Source: Clostridia bacterium (GTDB lineage: Bacteria > Bacillota > Clostridia > TANB77 > CAG-508). From it: 32,000 nucleotides of DNA. Each line of letters starts with the position of its first letter. The first letter of the stretch is position 1. Both the position numbers and the translations under genes were made by a program. The notes under the pieces were generated by a model. The model had not been told where the DNA came from, did not search any database, and saw only the letters and a program-made list of their open reading frames with translations. Location of the stretch: NCBI GenBank assembly GCA_017510525.1, contig JAFWNC010000010.1:57577-89576 (forward strand), read 5' to 3'. Positions 1 to 9,102 of the stretch are shown here, piece after piece.

Positions 1-1
1 A

Positions 2-106
2 AAAAAACATGCGATAATTTATGTGGTTGGAGCACTTATATTTTTTGGAGCATCAGGATTATTAGAATTAATGAAAAGTGTTATAGAGTCAATGCCATCA
101 GAATAA
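2..106 (+). CDS. 3' end of a small membrane protein, a paralog of the VirB2/TrbC-like ORF at 283-693 (partial, start outside window)
   Basis: Frame 2 reads KKHAIIYVVGALIFFGASGLLELMKSVIESMPSE then TAA at 104-106. This aligns with the C-terminal TM segment of the next ORF (QLIGVVVAAVVIFGAAIIWKIMFEVMKNINSSL). Confidence 0.45.
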   Translation, partial: KKHAIIYVVGALIFFGASGLLELMKSVIESMPSE

Positions 107-130
107 AGCAAATATAAAAACAAAAAAAGC

Positions 131-177
131 CATTCTGAGCCAAGAGGGACGGTTCAGAATGACTTTTTTATTTTTTT
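131..177 (+). terminator. Rho-independent terminator
   Basis: Stem cattctgagcc (131-141) pairs with ggttcagaatg (151-161), with one G-U pair and a 9-nt loop. It is followed by ttttttattttttt. Confidence 0.75.
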
Positions 178-220
178 CCTTTTTATAATGTAACAAATTG
201 ATTAAAAATATCAAAAAATG

Positions 221-249
221 TTGAATTATAAATTGTTTTGAAGTATAAT
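221..249 (+). promoter_or_regulatory. Sigma-A type promoter for the T4SS operon
   Basis: TTGAAT (221-226), an exactly 17-nt spacer, then TATAAT (244-249). It lies about 30 nt upstream of the GGAGGA RBS and the ATG at 283. Confidence 0.6.
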
Positions 250-282
250 TAAATAGGAGTATATTAAAATGGAGGACAATGT

Positions 283-693
283 ATGAAAATAGCTAAAAAA
301 TTAGGTTTGATATTTATAACTATATGTATCATGTTAAATATAATGCAGGTAAAAGTTGAAGCTGCATTTTCATGGAGTGAAGTAATAAGTGGAGGACAAA
401 ACTTTATAAAACAAGGAGAAGATGATAATAATACAAACCCTAAATTTTCGGATAATGATATTCAGGATTTTGTGGTTCCAATCGCTAGAGTATTAACTGC
501 TGTTGGTACAATTACTGTTGTAGCTGCTTTTATAATTTTAGGAATAAAATATATGACAGCTAGTCCAGAACAAGCTGCAAAAATAAAACAGCAACTTATA
601 GGTGTTGTAGTAGCCGCAGTAGTAATATTTGGTGCAGCAATTATATGGAAAATAATGTTTGAAGTTATGAAAAATATTAACTCAAGTTTATAA
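283..693 (+). CDS. VirB2/TrbC-like small membrane (pilin-like) protein
   Basis: 136 aa with an N-terminal signal/TM segment ending in VKVEA-AF, followed by two hydrophobic helices. It is the first gene of the T4SS operon and has a GGAGGA RBS. The call rests on size and topology only. Confidence 0.5.
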   Translation: MKIAKKLGLIFITICIMLNIMQVKVEAAFSWSEVISGGQNFIKQGEDDNNTNPKFSDNDIQDFVVPIARVLTAVGTITVVAAFIILGIKYMTASPEQAAKIKQQLIGVVVAAVVIFGAAIIWKIMFEVMKNINSSL

Positions 694-714
694 GATACAA
701 AGGAGGAAAGATAT

Positions 715-1050
715 ATGGGAACTTATTATATTCCTAGAAACCTTAGAGGAGAAAGTAGAATTTTATACATATTCACAGTGAAATCACTAATTACAACAGT
801 TGCTGGAGGCTTAATTGGAGCATTATTTATGTTTTTATTCTCAGCTTTTAACATGAAATTAGTTGGTTTTATAATAATGGGAATATTTGCTTTAATTGGA
901 TTTGGAATTGGAGCCATTAAAATTCCTGTAATATCCGGAATTCCAGTTACTAAAAAAATAGGTGGAGAACCTTTAAGTGAAATAATTTTAAGATGGATAA
1001 AATTTAAAAAGAATAAGAAAATGTATGTTTATACAAAGGAGGAAAAATAG
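715..1050 (+). CDS. VirB3-like / PrgI-TcpE-like small two-TM conjugation protein
   Basis: 111 aa with a hydrophilic N-terminus (YYIPRNLRGESRILYIFTVK), then a two-helix hairpin. It sits between the pilin-like gene and the VirB4 genes and has an AAGGAGGA RBS. Confidence 0.45.
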   Translation: MGTYYIPRNLRGESRILYIFTVKSLITTVAGGLIGALFMFLFSAFNMKLVGFIIMGIFALIGFGIGAIKIPVISGIPVTKKIGGEPLSEIILRWIKFKKNKKMYVYTKEEK

Positions 1051-1053
1051 GGA

Positions 1054-2229
1054 ATGGAAGTTGTTCAATTATTACAATTAATTTTAATTTTTCTAGTTAT
1101 GATTATTTTTGGATTAATAGGAGCTTATGTTCTTGTTATATTCTTAAACAAAAAGAGAAAAGAAGAAAAAGAAGAAGAGGCTATGGGACTTAAAGATGAA
1201 AAACTTGACAGTTTTAATGGAATGATGCCTAGAGAGTCAATATTCAAATTCATGGAATTTGATGAAATAAAAGATAATATGATCATCAGAAAAAATAAGA
1301 CTCAATATATAATGATTCTTCAATGTCAAGGCATTAATTATGATTTGATGTCTGAAGAAGAAAAAATGGCTGTAGAACAGGGATTTGTACAATTTCTAAA
1401 CACACTAACATTTCCTATTCAATTATATGTACAAACAAGAAGTTTAAATTTAAGAGATATTATTGATGATTATAAATTAAGAGTTTCAGATATAGCAAAT
1501 GATATTGAAAAATTAGAAACAAGAATAAGTGCTGCTAAAACAAAAGGAAATGAGAAATTAATACAAAGACTTAAGGCAGAAAAAGAAAGAAAAGCAAGGG
1601 TTTTAGAATATGGAACTGATATATCAGATAATGTTGCAAGAATGAGCTTAAACAAAAATGTATTACAACAAAAAACATATGTTGTTGTTTCATATTTTTC
1701 AGCAGAATTTAGTGGAGCTGATAATGCAACACCTGAAGAACTTGATAATATTGCTTTTTCTGAATTATATACAAGATGTCAATCAGTTGCTAGATCACTT
1801 ATGAGTTCAGAAGTTTCTAGTAGAGTTTTAGATTCAGAAGAATTAGCCGAGCTTTTATATGTGGCTTATAACAGAGATGATTCTGAATTAGTTCAATTCA
1901 GCAAAGCGTTAGATGCACAATATGATGCATTATATACAACAGGAAAAGATGTTATTCAAAAGAGAAAAGAACAAATTGAAGCTCAAATAAATGAAGAAGC
2001 TATTGAACTTGCTACAGAAAGTATAGTTAAAGCTGATAAATATAGATATATAGATGCTATAAAGAAACAGCAAAAGGTTAAAGAAAAAGCGTTAGAAATG
2101 ATAGAAGACTATAAAGATCAAATGGATGAAGTTATTTACGAAGGAGCAAAAAGAGAAATAGAAAAAGCAGATTTATCTGAGAAAGAAGAACCTAAGAAAA
2201 GACCAGGAAGAAAAAAGAAAGCAGAATAG
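1054..2229 (+). CDS. TM-anchored protein with a VirB4 N-terminal-like (non-ATPase) domain and a coiled-coil tail
   Basis: It has an N-terminal TM. The segment MEFDEIKDNMIIRKNKTQYIMILQCQGINYDLMSEEEKMAVEQGFVQFLNTLTFPIQLYVQTRSLNL, then a coil, then QKTYVVVSYF..LDSEELAELLY, follows the same layout as residues ~85-215 of the adjacent VirB4. No Walker motifs are present. Confidence 0.45.
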   Translation: MEVVQLLQLILIFLVMIIFGLIGAYVLVIFLNKKRKEEKEEEAMGLKDEKLDSFNGMMPRESIFKFMEFDEIKDNMIIRKNKTQYIMILQCQGINYDLMSEEEKMAVEQGFVQFLNTLTFPIQLYVQTRSLNLRDIIDDYKLRVSDIANDIEKLETRISAAKTKGNEKLIQRLKAEKERKARVLEYGTDISDNVARMSLNKNVLQQKTYVVVSYFSAEFSGADNATPEELDNIAFSELYTRCQSVARSLMSSEVSSRVLDSEELAELLYVAYNRDDSELVQFSKALDAQYDALYTTGKDVIQKRKEQIEAQINEEAIELATESIVKADKYRYIDAIKKQQKVKEKALEMIEDYKDQMDEVIYEGAKREIEKADLSEKEEPKKRPGRKKKAE

Positions 2230-2346
2230 AAATAAAGGCATATACATGAATAACATATGGAGCACAAAAGTGCTCCGCTACGAATGAAGATAAAAAATCG
2301 TAGAGGAGAACTAGAGTTCTCCATAATAAACATAGGAGGAATTTAT

Positions 2347-4326
2347 ATGAAGAAAAAACTTCAAAATCAAGAAAAAGAACAAAAAGAAATTAAAACAGAA
2401 GCAATTGTAGGTGAAGAACAGAAAAAAATGAGTTTCTTAGAAAAAAATAAAAAATCAATGAAAGACCTACTAGCTCCTGCAGGAATAAATGCAAGCAACC
2501 CAAACCATATGGAAATTGTATCAAGTAGAACAAGATATGCAAGAAGTATGGTAGTGGCAACACTTCCTAGAATGTGTACATTCCCGGAATTCTTGAGAAG
2601 TATGTATACATTTGGAGATCTAAATGTATCAGTTTTCATAAATCCTATAAGTGAAAATACTTCACAAACAGAATTAAATAGAACAATTAATGAACTTGAA
2701 TCTGAAAGAATTGTTGCCTGGGATAGAGGAGATATAAACAGAGAAAGAATTCTAGCTCAAAAAAGATCAGAGGCTGAAGAGCTAAGAGATCAAATAGCAG
2801 CTGGATTTAATAAATTATTTGAATCATCAATCATTTGTACTTTATTTGCTTATAGTTTAGATGAACTTGATAAATATACAGAATTATTATCAACAGAAAT
2901 GTCAAAAAATCTTATAGGTTTAAGACCTGCTTGGGCAATGCAAGATGAAGCTTTAAGATCAAATATGCCATTCTGTGAGAACAAAATTAATAAAGCTCAT
3001 ACTTTTGATAGAAGCAGTATGTCAACAGTATTTCCATTCTTTACTTCAGATGTAGGACATGAAAAAGGAATTCCTCTAGGGTTTAATAGGCAAACTGGAC
3101 TTCCAATATTATTTGATAATTTCAGTCCAACACTTTCAAATTATAACATGGTTATATTTGGTAAGTCTGGTGCTGGTAAAGGTGTTACCATAAAAACATT
3201 AACAGCTAGATCGTCAGTTCTTATGGGAATTGAAAGTTTAGCTCTAGATGCTGAAGGTGAATATGGAGTTGTTGCTGAAGCATTAGGTGGAGTTAATGTT
3301 ACAATAAGTCCAAATTCAAATACAATTATTAATTTATTTGATATAGAGCCTGAAAGAGTAAGAGATGAGATTACTGGTAAAGAGAGAGTAATTCTAAATG
3401 TTGAAAACAAAATTGAAGACGTAACTCAAGCTTTACTTACAATGGCTAGAGGTAGTACTAGAAGTAAAGAAGTAAATGAGCTTACAAAACAAATCATTTC
3501 TGAAGCTGTTGCTCAAGAATATGAAGCTACTGGAATTAATTCAAATGTCGACAGTTTGTATAAAACTGGTGGAGCAATGGTAAGAGATAAATATGATAGA
3601 GAGAAAAAGGAAATGCCTACTGTTGGCTCTTGGTATGAAAGGATAGTAGTAAATGCACAAAGCAATGAAAACCCTGATTATAGATTCCATTATAGTTACC
3701 TAATAAAAGTTATGAAGCAATATGTTAGAAAATATAATGGTCAGATGGCATATTTTGATGGACAATCTACTTTTGAATTATTAGATGGTGTACCATTTAT
3801 AAACCTAGATATTTCACAGTTAGAGGAAAGATTTGCAAGACCTCTTGCACAACAAATATTACTTTCTTGGATTTGGGAAAAATACGTTAAGAAAAATAGT
3901 GAAGATAAACAAAAGGCAGCTAAGAAAAGGGTGTTGATAGATGAGGCTTGGATGCTTCTTCCATATCCTGAGGCTGTAGATTTCTTAAATACTATGGCTA
4001 GACGTGCTAGAAAAAGAAATGTTTCTCTAGCAGTTATGTCACAGAGATTCCAAGATTTCTATGAGAAACCAGAGGTACAAGCAGTTTTAACATCTTCTGA
4101 TACAAAACTATTCTTAGCTCAAGATAAATCAGAGATTGAATATATAAAAGAAATATTTAAATTAAGTGATGGAGAAGCTTACTTCTTAACAACATGTCAA
4201 AGAGGTGAGGGACTTCTAAAAGTTGGTGAAGATACAGCAATTATAGCTATTAGACCAACTAAGAAAGAATTTGAATTTGTTGAAACAAATATGAATGAAT
4301 TAGCTAAAAGAAGAGAAGAAATGTAA
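2347..4326 (+). CDS. virB4: VirB4-family T4SS ATPase (TcpF/PrgJ/ConE/TraE-type)
   Basis: Walker A GKSGAGKG lies at 3160-3183 and Walker B VLIDEAW at 3931-3951, followed by RRARKRNVSLAVMSQ. The start is taken as ATG 2347, behind an AGGAGGA RBS. The 2257 start in the ORF track runs through three intergenic hairpins. Confidence 0.9.
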   Translation: MKKKLQNQEKEQKEIKTEAIVGEEQKKMSFLEKNKKSMKDLLAPAGINASNPNHMEIVSSRTRYARSMVVATLPRMCTFPEFLRSMYTFGDLNVSVFINPISENTSQTELNRTINELESERIVAWDRGDINRERILAQKRSEAEELRDQIAAGFNKLFESSIICTLFAYSLDELDKYTELLSTEMSKNLIGLRPAWAMQDEALRSNMPFCENKINKAHTFDRSSMSTVFPFFTSDVGHEKGIPLGFNRQTGLPILFDNFSPTLSNYNMVIFGKSGAGKGVTIKTLTARSSVLMGIESLALDAEGEYGVVAEALGGVNVTISPNSNTIINLFDIEPERVRDEITGKERVILNVENKIEDVTQALLTMARGSTRSKEVNELTKQIISEAVAQEYEATGINSNVDSLYKTGGAMVRDKYDREKKEMPTVGSWYERIVVNAQSNENPDYRFHYSYLIKVMKQYVRKYNGQMAYFDGQSTFELLDGVPFINLDISQLEERFARPLAQQILLSWIWEKYVKKNSEDKQKAAKKRVLIDEAWMLLPYPEAVDFLNTMARRARKRNVSLAVMSQRFQDFYEKPEVQAVLTSSDTKLFLAQDKSEIEYIKEIFKLSDGEAYFLTTCQRGEGLLKVGEDTAIIAIRPTKKEFEFVETNMNELAKRREEM

Positions 4327-4336
4327 AGGAGATATA

Positions 4337-5431
4337 ATGAAGAGCAAGGTTGCAGGAATTCTTATTTTAATATTGTTGACATTTGCAGTAGTTCCTGCAA
4401 AAAGTTACTGTACTGAGAATAGTACACCTATAACGTTTTCAAGAGAAAGTTATAATCAGTTAGTAAATGCGGGAAAAGTTATGAAACTATCATATGGGCT
4501 AAATCCGGTTTATAGTAGTATTAATGCTTCGAAACTTACATGGGAAGCTGGAATTAGAGTTGTTACAGCTGTATTATTATTTCCTGTTGTATTAATACAA
4601 AGATGTATTTCAATTGTATCAACAGGAGATCCGCTTGGAACAATTACTGTAGAAAGCCTGGTTTTAAATAGAAATGATTTAGTTAATGCAAACTATACAG
4701 AAACTTCAAATAATAATTATAACAATATGATAAAGCAATCTGTAGTGGGATGGTTTTATGCAATTAGAATGCTTACTATTGCAATTTCAATAGTAGTTCT
4801 TATTTATATTGGAATAAGAATGGCACTTTCTTCTATTTCATCAGAAAAAGCAAAATACAAAAGTATGTTTATTGACTGGTTTATAAGTTTAGGAATAGTT
4901 TTTTTTATGCAGTATATAATCGTGTTTTTCATGATGCTGTCTGATACAATTGTTGAACTATTTGCTAATATTAATATTTCCTCTTTTGAGTCTAAATTGG
5001 GAATTATTAATTTATTATTAGATAAAAATACAGGATTAGTTTATGTTGCTATAGTAATTATGTATTTTATTATTGTATTTTATCAAATAAAATTCTTCTT
5101 ATTTTATGTAAGAAGATTTTTGGCTGTTGGATTTCTAATAATTATTGCACCTCTTATAACAATTACATATGCGATTGACAAAGCAAAAGATAGAAAATCT
5201 CAAATTTTTAATACATGGATGAGAGAATTTCTAGGAAATATGTTTATTCAACCTTTACATGCTTTAATTTACATGGTATTTATTGTTTCAGCTAATGCAA
5301 TTTTCGAAATTGCTCCAATTCTATCTTTAATAATATTTGTAATGTTATCAAGAGCAGAAAAGGTTATGAAAAATATATTTGGACTAAAGAAAATGGCTTC
5401 AATGAGAGATATGCATGAAATGATGAAATAA
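4337..5431 (+). CDS. Polytopic membrane protein, VirB6/TrbL/TcpH-like channel subunit, paralog 1
   Basis: It has a signal peptide plus at least 6 TM segments. It shares two motifs with 5501-7468 and 14585-18124: WFYAIRMLTIAISIVVLIYIGIRMALSSISSEKAKYKSMF, and RRFLAVGFLIIIAPLITITYAIDKAKDRKSQIFNTWMREF..QPLHALIY. Confidence 0.5.
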   Translation: MKSKVAGILILILLTFAVVPAKSYCTENSTPITFSRESYNQLVNAGKVMKLSYGLNPVYSSINASKLTWEAGIRVVTAVLLFPVVLIQRCISIVSTGDPLGTITVESLVLNRNDLVNANYTETSNNNYNNMIKQSVVGWFYAIRMLTIAISIVVLIYIGIRMALSSISSEKAKYKSMFIDWFISLGIVFFMQYIIVFFMMLSDTIVELFANINISSFESKLGIINLLLDKNTGLVYVAIVIMYFIIVFYQIKFFLFYVRRFLAVGFLIIIAPLITITYAIDKAKDRKSQIFNTWMREFLGNMFIQPLHALIYMVFIVSANAIFEIAPILSLIIFVMLSRAEKVMKNIFGLKKMASMRDMHEMMK

Positions 5432-5500
5432 TATAATGTTGGGGAGACAATGGGTCACCTAAATAATACAAAATAACATAAATTCAATAGGGGGAATGAG

Positions 5501-7468
5501 ATGAAAAAAGTAATAACTAGCGTTTTATTAGTTATTTTAATATTTGAAATTGTGTTTGCAAATGTTAGCTATGGAGCCACTGATTCTATTAATGATAAAA
5601 TTGGTGCAGGCGTAGCTGATATTACTGAAGGTGTTGTTGGTATAGCCTTTTATAGCTTTAGAATACCTTTTATAGTAATTGCAGGTGTATTAGAAAGCTT
5701 ACTTAATGGAGTTGCTTCTTTGGATGGTAGTAGTATGCAAGGACTAGTTACTCCTGATGATATTATTTTTAATCAAGTAGGGTTAACTAATATTAATTTC
5801 TTTGACTTTACCAATGGTGGAAGTATTGTTTTAGAAATTAGACAAAATGTTGCAACTTGGTATTATGCACTAAGAAGTTTAGCAGTTGCTATTTTATTAG
5901 CGGTTTTAGTATTTATTGGAATACGTTTAGCTATAACATCAGTTGCATCCGAAAGAGCCAAATATATGGATATGCTAAAAAACTGGGCTGTAAGTTTTGC
6001 ACTTATTTTCGTTTTACATTATTTAATAGTTTTTATAATACAATTAAATGGTAGTTTAGTGACTTTATTTTATAATGCTGGAAGCAATATGACATATTCA
6101 GGTGGCTTTTCTCTTATAGATATTCATGGAAATGGATATGATGATATATTAAAATCTCTTGCTGACCAGATGTTTGATCCAAGAGTTATTGAATCATCTA
6201 CAGCTATTTTAATATTTTTCCTATTAATAGGTATGACGTTTACATTTTTAGTAAACTATATAAAACGTTTTTTAACAATTGGATTTTTGATTTTAATTTC
6301 ACCATTAATTACAATTACATATTCAATAGATAAAATGGGTGATGGAAAAGCACAAGCATTAAATACATGGATGAAAGAGTTTTTACTTAATGTTTTAATA
6401 CAACCATTCCATGCAGTAATATATCTAGCTTTTTCACATGCTGCAATTTCTATAGCAACAAACTCTAGTGATATTGCTTCAACAAGTAGCGCACTTGCAG
6501 CACTTATATTCTCATTATTAACATTTAAATTTATGTGGGATGCTGAAAAAATAGTTAAAGAAATATTTGGATTCAAACAAGCTTCTTCATTGGGAGATAC
6601 AGTAGCATCATTAGCAGCTATGACAACAGTTGCAAAAGCTATTCAAGGAACAGCTGGAAAAGCAGGACAAGTTGCTGGAGCTGCTGCTAATACAACATTT
6701 GGTAAAAACCTAACAAAGAAAATTGAAAAATCATCTGTTGGTAAATGGTATAAAGATACAAATAAAAAGATTGATGACTTCATTAAAAATAATAGAAATT
6801 CTAGCAATTTATTAGATAATTGGAAAGCTGAGATTGCTTCAGGTACAAGAGATGGATTATTAAAAAATCCAGTTTCTACAGCAAAAGCAATTACTGAAAA
6901 TGCTGGAAATGCTGTTATAGGATCTGCTGCTTGGGCTGTTGCAGCTGGTGCTAATGACAAAAATGCTATTAACTATGGAATTACAGCCTTTGACACTGCT
7001 AAAGCAATAAGAGATGGTAATGACGAAGTAAGAGAAAAAATAGAAGAACAAGAAGGTAAAACAGCTAAAGAGGCAAATAAATATTCAGAAAAAACTGGTC
7101 TAGAAAATGATGAATTAAAAGATAAACTAAATAAATTATTGGATTTGGGTCCAGATATGATGGAAAGAATTTTGCAAAGCCGTTTAGACGAATATGTTAA
7201 TGCGAAAGGATTAGATATAAATGATGAAAACTATACTGATACATTAGCTGATTTATATAGTGAGTTAGAGGGCAAGGATCTTAATGACCAATCACTTGAT
7301 AATGTTGAAAGATCTTTATTATCAGCTATTCTTGATAAGAATATGGCAGATTCAATTGATAAAGCTAAGAAGAAGTATAAAGATAATAAATACGATGATC
7401 CAAAGAAAACAACTCAAGATCTTATTAATGATATTATTGCTAATAATGTTCCATATGATGAAGATTAA
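5501..7468 (+). CDS. Polytopic membrane protein, VirB6-like paralog 2, with a ~280-aa hydrophilic C-terminal extension
   Basis: It has the same core motifs as paralog 1 (WYYALRSLAVAILLAVLVFIGIRLAITSVASERAKYMDML; KRFLTIGFLILISPLITITYSIDKMGDGKAQALNTWMKEF..QPFHAVIY). The tail is rich in Ala/Gly and then in charged residues. Confidence 0.5.
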   Translation: MKKVITSVLLVILIFEIVFANVSYGATDSINDKIGAGVADITEGVVGIAFYSFRIPFIVIAGVLESLLNGVASLDGSSMQGLVTPDDIIFNQVGLTNINFFDFTNGGSIVLEIRQNVATWYYALRSLAVAILLAVLVFIGIRLAITSVASERAKYMDMLKNWAVSFALIFVLHYLIVFIIQLNGSLVTLFYNAGSNMTYSGGFSLIDIHGNGYDDILKSLADQMFDPRVIESSTAILIFFLLIGMTFTFLVNYIKRFLTIGFLILISPLITITYSIDKMGDGKAQALNTWMKEFLLNVLIQPFHAVIYLAFSHAAISIATNSSDIASTSSALAALIFSLLTFKFMWDAEKIVKEIFGFKQASSLGDTVASLAAMTTVAKAIQGTAGKAGQVAGAAANTTFGKNLTKKIEKSSVGKWYKDTNKKIDDFIKNNRNSSNLLDNWKAEIASGTRDGLLKNPVSTAKAITENAGNAVIGSAAWAVAAGANDKNAINYGITAFDTAKAIRDGNDEVREKIEEQEGKTAKEANKYSEKTGLENDELKDKLNKLLDLGPDMMERILQSRLDEYVNAKGLDINDENYTDTLADLYSELEGKDLNDQSLDNVERSLLSAILDKNMADSIDKAKKKYKDNKYDDPKKTTQDLINDIIANNVPYDED

Positions 7469-7482
7469 TCTAGAGGTGTTAT

Positions 7483-8055
7483 ATGAATAAAAAACAAAAG
7501 GATAGAATTATTAATTTAATATTATTATGTATTTCATTTATTCTAATTATTTTATATTTAATATTAGTATTAAAAATATCAGATAAAGATAATAGAAATA
7601 GCAAAACAGAAAAACAAGAAACTAATGAAACTGTGAAAACTGTGGAAAGCAACACAGAAGATGAGGAAATTGTTGTAGATAAAGATGTTGAATCAATGAA
7701 TGAAAAGGAAAGGATGATTTATTATATAAATGAATTCATTGATAAAATAGAAGAAAAAAATTATGAAAATGCTTATAAATTATTATATTCAGAATTCAAA
7801 GATAATTATTTTGAAACAGAAGAAAAATTTAAAAATTATGCTGAGACTTATTTTAATACAGATACTTTAGTTATGAATTTTCAAAATATTGAAAGGCTTG
7901 GAAATCCTGTAAAAGGAAATATATATGTTGTTTGGATGAAAAAAGGAAACCTTTTCGATGTTAAATCAGAAGAAGAAAAAGAAGACACAAAATTTGTAAT
8001 TTTAGAAAAAGATTATGATGATTTTGAATTATCTTTTAGTGTAGAGAATAGATAG
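7483..8055 (+). CDS. N-terminally TM-anchored extracytoplasmic protein with an NTF2-like (DUF4878-type) signature; candidate VirB8/TcpC analog
   Basis: It has one TM, then FIDKIEEKNYENAYKLLYSEFKDNYFETEEKFKNYAETYF. This is paralogous to the same motif in 8065-9009. Confidence 0.35.
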   Translation: MNKKQKDRIINLILLCISFILIILYLILVLKISDKDNRNSKTEKQETNETVKTVESNTEDEEIVVDKDVESMNEKERMIYYINEFIDKIEEKNYENAYKLLYSEFKDNYFETEEKFKNYAETYFNTDTLVMNFQNIERLGNPVKGNIYVVWMKKGNLFDVKSEEEKEDTKFVILEKDYDDFELSFSVENR

Positions 8056-8064
8056 GAGAAAAAA

Positions 8065-9009
8065 GTGTTTTTAGAATATAGAATAAGAATTCGTAATTGG
8101 ATACGTGATAATAGAAAAAAAATAATAATAGTCCTAGTAATATGGACTGTTATTATTGTTATTAACTATTTATTAAGCCATAGAAAAAAAGAAGAAGTTT
8201 TAAACACAACATATAAACCGCATGATATTGTTATGTCCAATGACGGAGAAAAGGTTCCTGAGAAATTGCAAGAACCTATAGAAAAACTAATTGATGATTT
8301 TGTAGAATATTGTAATAATAAGGATTATTCAAATGCTTATTCATTATTATCAGATGATTGCAAAGAAAATGTTTTTAATAACGAAGAAGAAAAATTTAAA
8401 TTATATGTTGATGAAGTATTTCCAGAGGAAAAAATATATAGTATTCAAAGTTATTCAAAGACTGATGATTTCTATATTTATAATGTTAAATTTCTAAACA
8501 ATATTCTTGCTTCAGGTCTTACAAATGAAGATTTTAAGTATTATGAAGAAAAGTACGCAATATCTGGAGATAAAAATAATTTAAAACTAACTGTTGGAAA
8601 CTATATGGGAAAAGAGGAACTTAGAAGTGTTTCCGAAGATGACTATGTAAAGATTAGAGTAACAGAAAAAAGAATGTTTTACAGCAAAGAATTATATAAG
8701 GTTAAGATTACTAACAAAACGGATAATATAATGGTAATTGCTGATGGAACAGAAGCTGAAGAAATAGTTTTAACTATTGGAAATGATAATAGAGGAATGT
8801 ACAATTCTGGATTATATATTGTTTTACAACCAGGCGAAACACAAGAATATGAATTATATTTTAACAAATTCTATGATGAAAAAAATGATGCTGATGGAAT
8901 AGGTTTTAGTAAAATAAGAATTTTGGAAAGTTATTCAGGAAAACTAGAATTAAAGCAACAAGAAATAGATAATGCAATAAAGCTATACAGCCTAAAAGTA
9001 TCTCTATAA
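8065..9009 (+). CDS. N-terminally TM-anchored extracytoplasmic protein, paralog of 7483-8055 with an extra C-terminal beta-rich domain; candidate VirB8/TcpC analog
   Basis: It has a GTG start behind a GGAGAA RBS and one TM. The motif is FVEYCNNKDYSNAYSLLSDDCKENVFNNEEEKFKLYVDEVF. Confidence 0.35.
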   Translation: MFLEYRIRIRNWIRDNRKKIIIVLVIWTVIIVINYLLSHRKKEEVLNTTYKPHDIVMSNDGEKVPEKLQEPIEKLIDDFVEYCNNKDYSNAYSLLSDDCKENVFNNEEEKFKLYVDEVFPEEKIYSIQSYSKTDDFYIYNVKFLNNILASGLTNEDFKYYEEKYAISGDKNNLKLTVGNYMGKEELRSVSEDDYVKIRVTEKRMFYSKELYKVKITNKTDNIMVIADGTEAEEIVLTIGNDNRGMYNSGLYIVLQPGETQEYELYFNKFYDEKNDADGIGFSKIRILESYSGKLELKQQEIDNAIKLYSLKVSL

Positions 9010-9077
9010 AAATGAAGGGGAGGGACTTGTCCCTGCTCAACCAAAAGAAACATTAAAAAAGAAATCAATAAAAAACG

Positions 9078-9102
9078 TAGGGGCGGGGTTCCACCCCCGC
9101 CC
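9078..9102 (+). repeat. GC-rich 'TAGGGGC' leader hairpin (family A)
   Basis: The sequence is taggggcggggttccacccccgccc, with stem gggcgggg/ccccgccc. A degenerate copy lies at 9016-9038 (aggggagggacttgtccctgctc). It is followed by AAGAAATACCCAAACAG, then the RBS of the 9144 gene. Confidence 0.6.

Noticed and set aside
2257-2346. Upstream-extended starts given by the ORF track (2257 for virB4, 23829 for adhesin 2, 29552 for dprA, 30777 for the permease)
   Set aside because: The extensions run through intergenic hairpins or promoters and lack an RBS. In-frame ATG/GTG codons with good Shine-Dalgarno spacing lie downstream (2347, 23844/23856, 29585, 30876).
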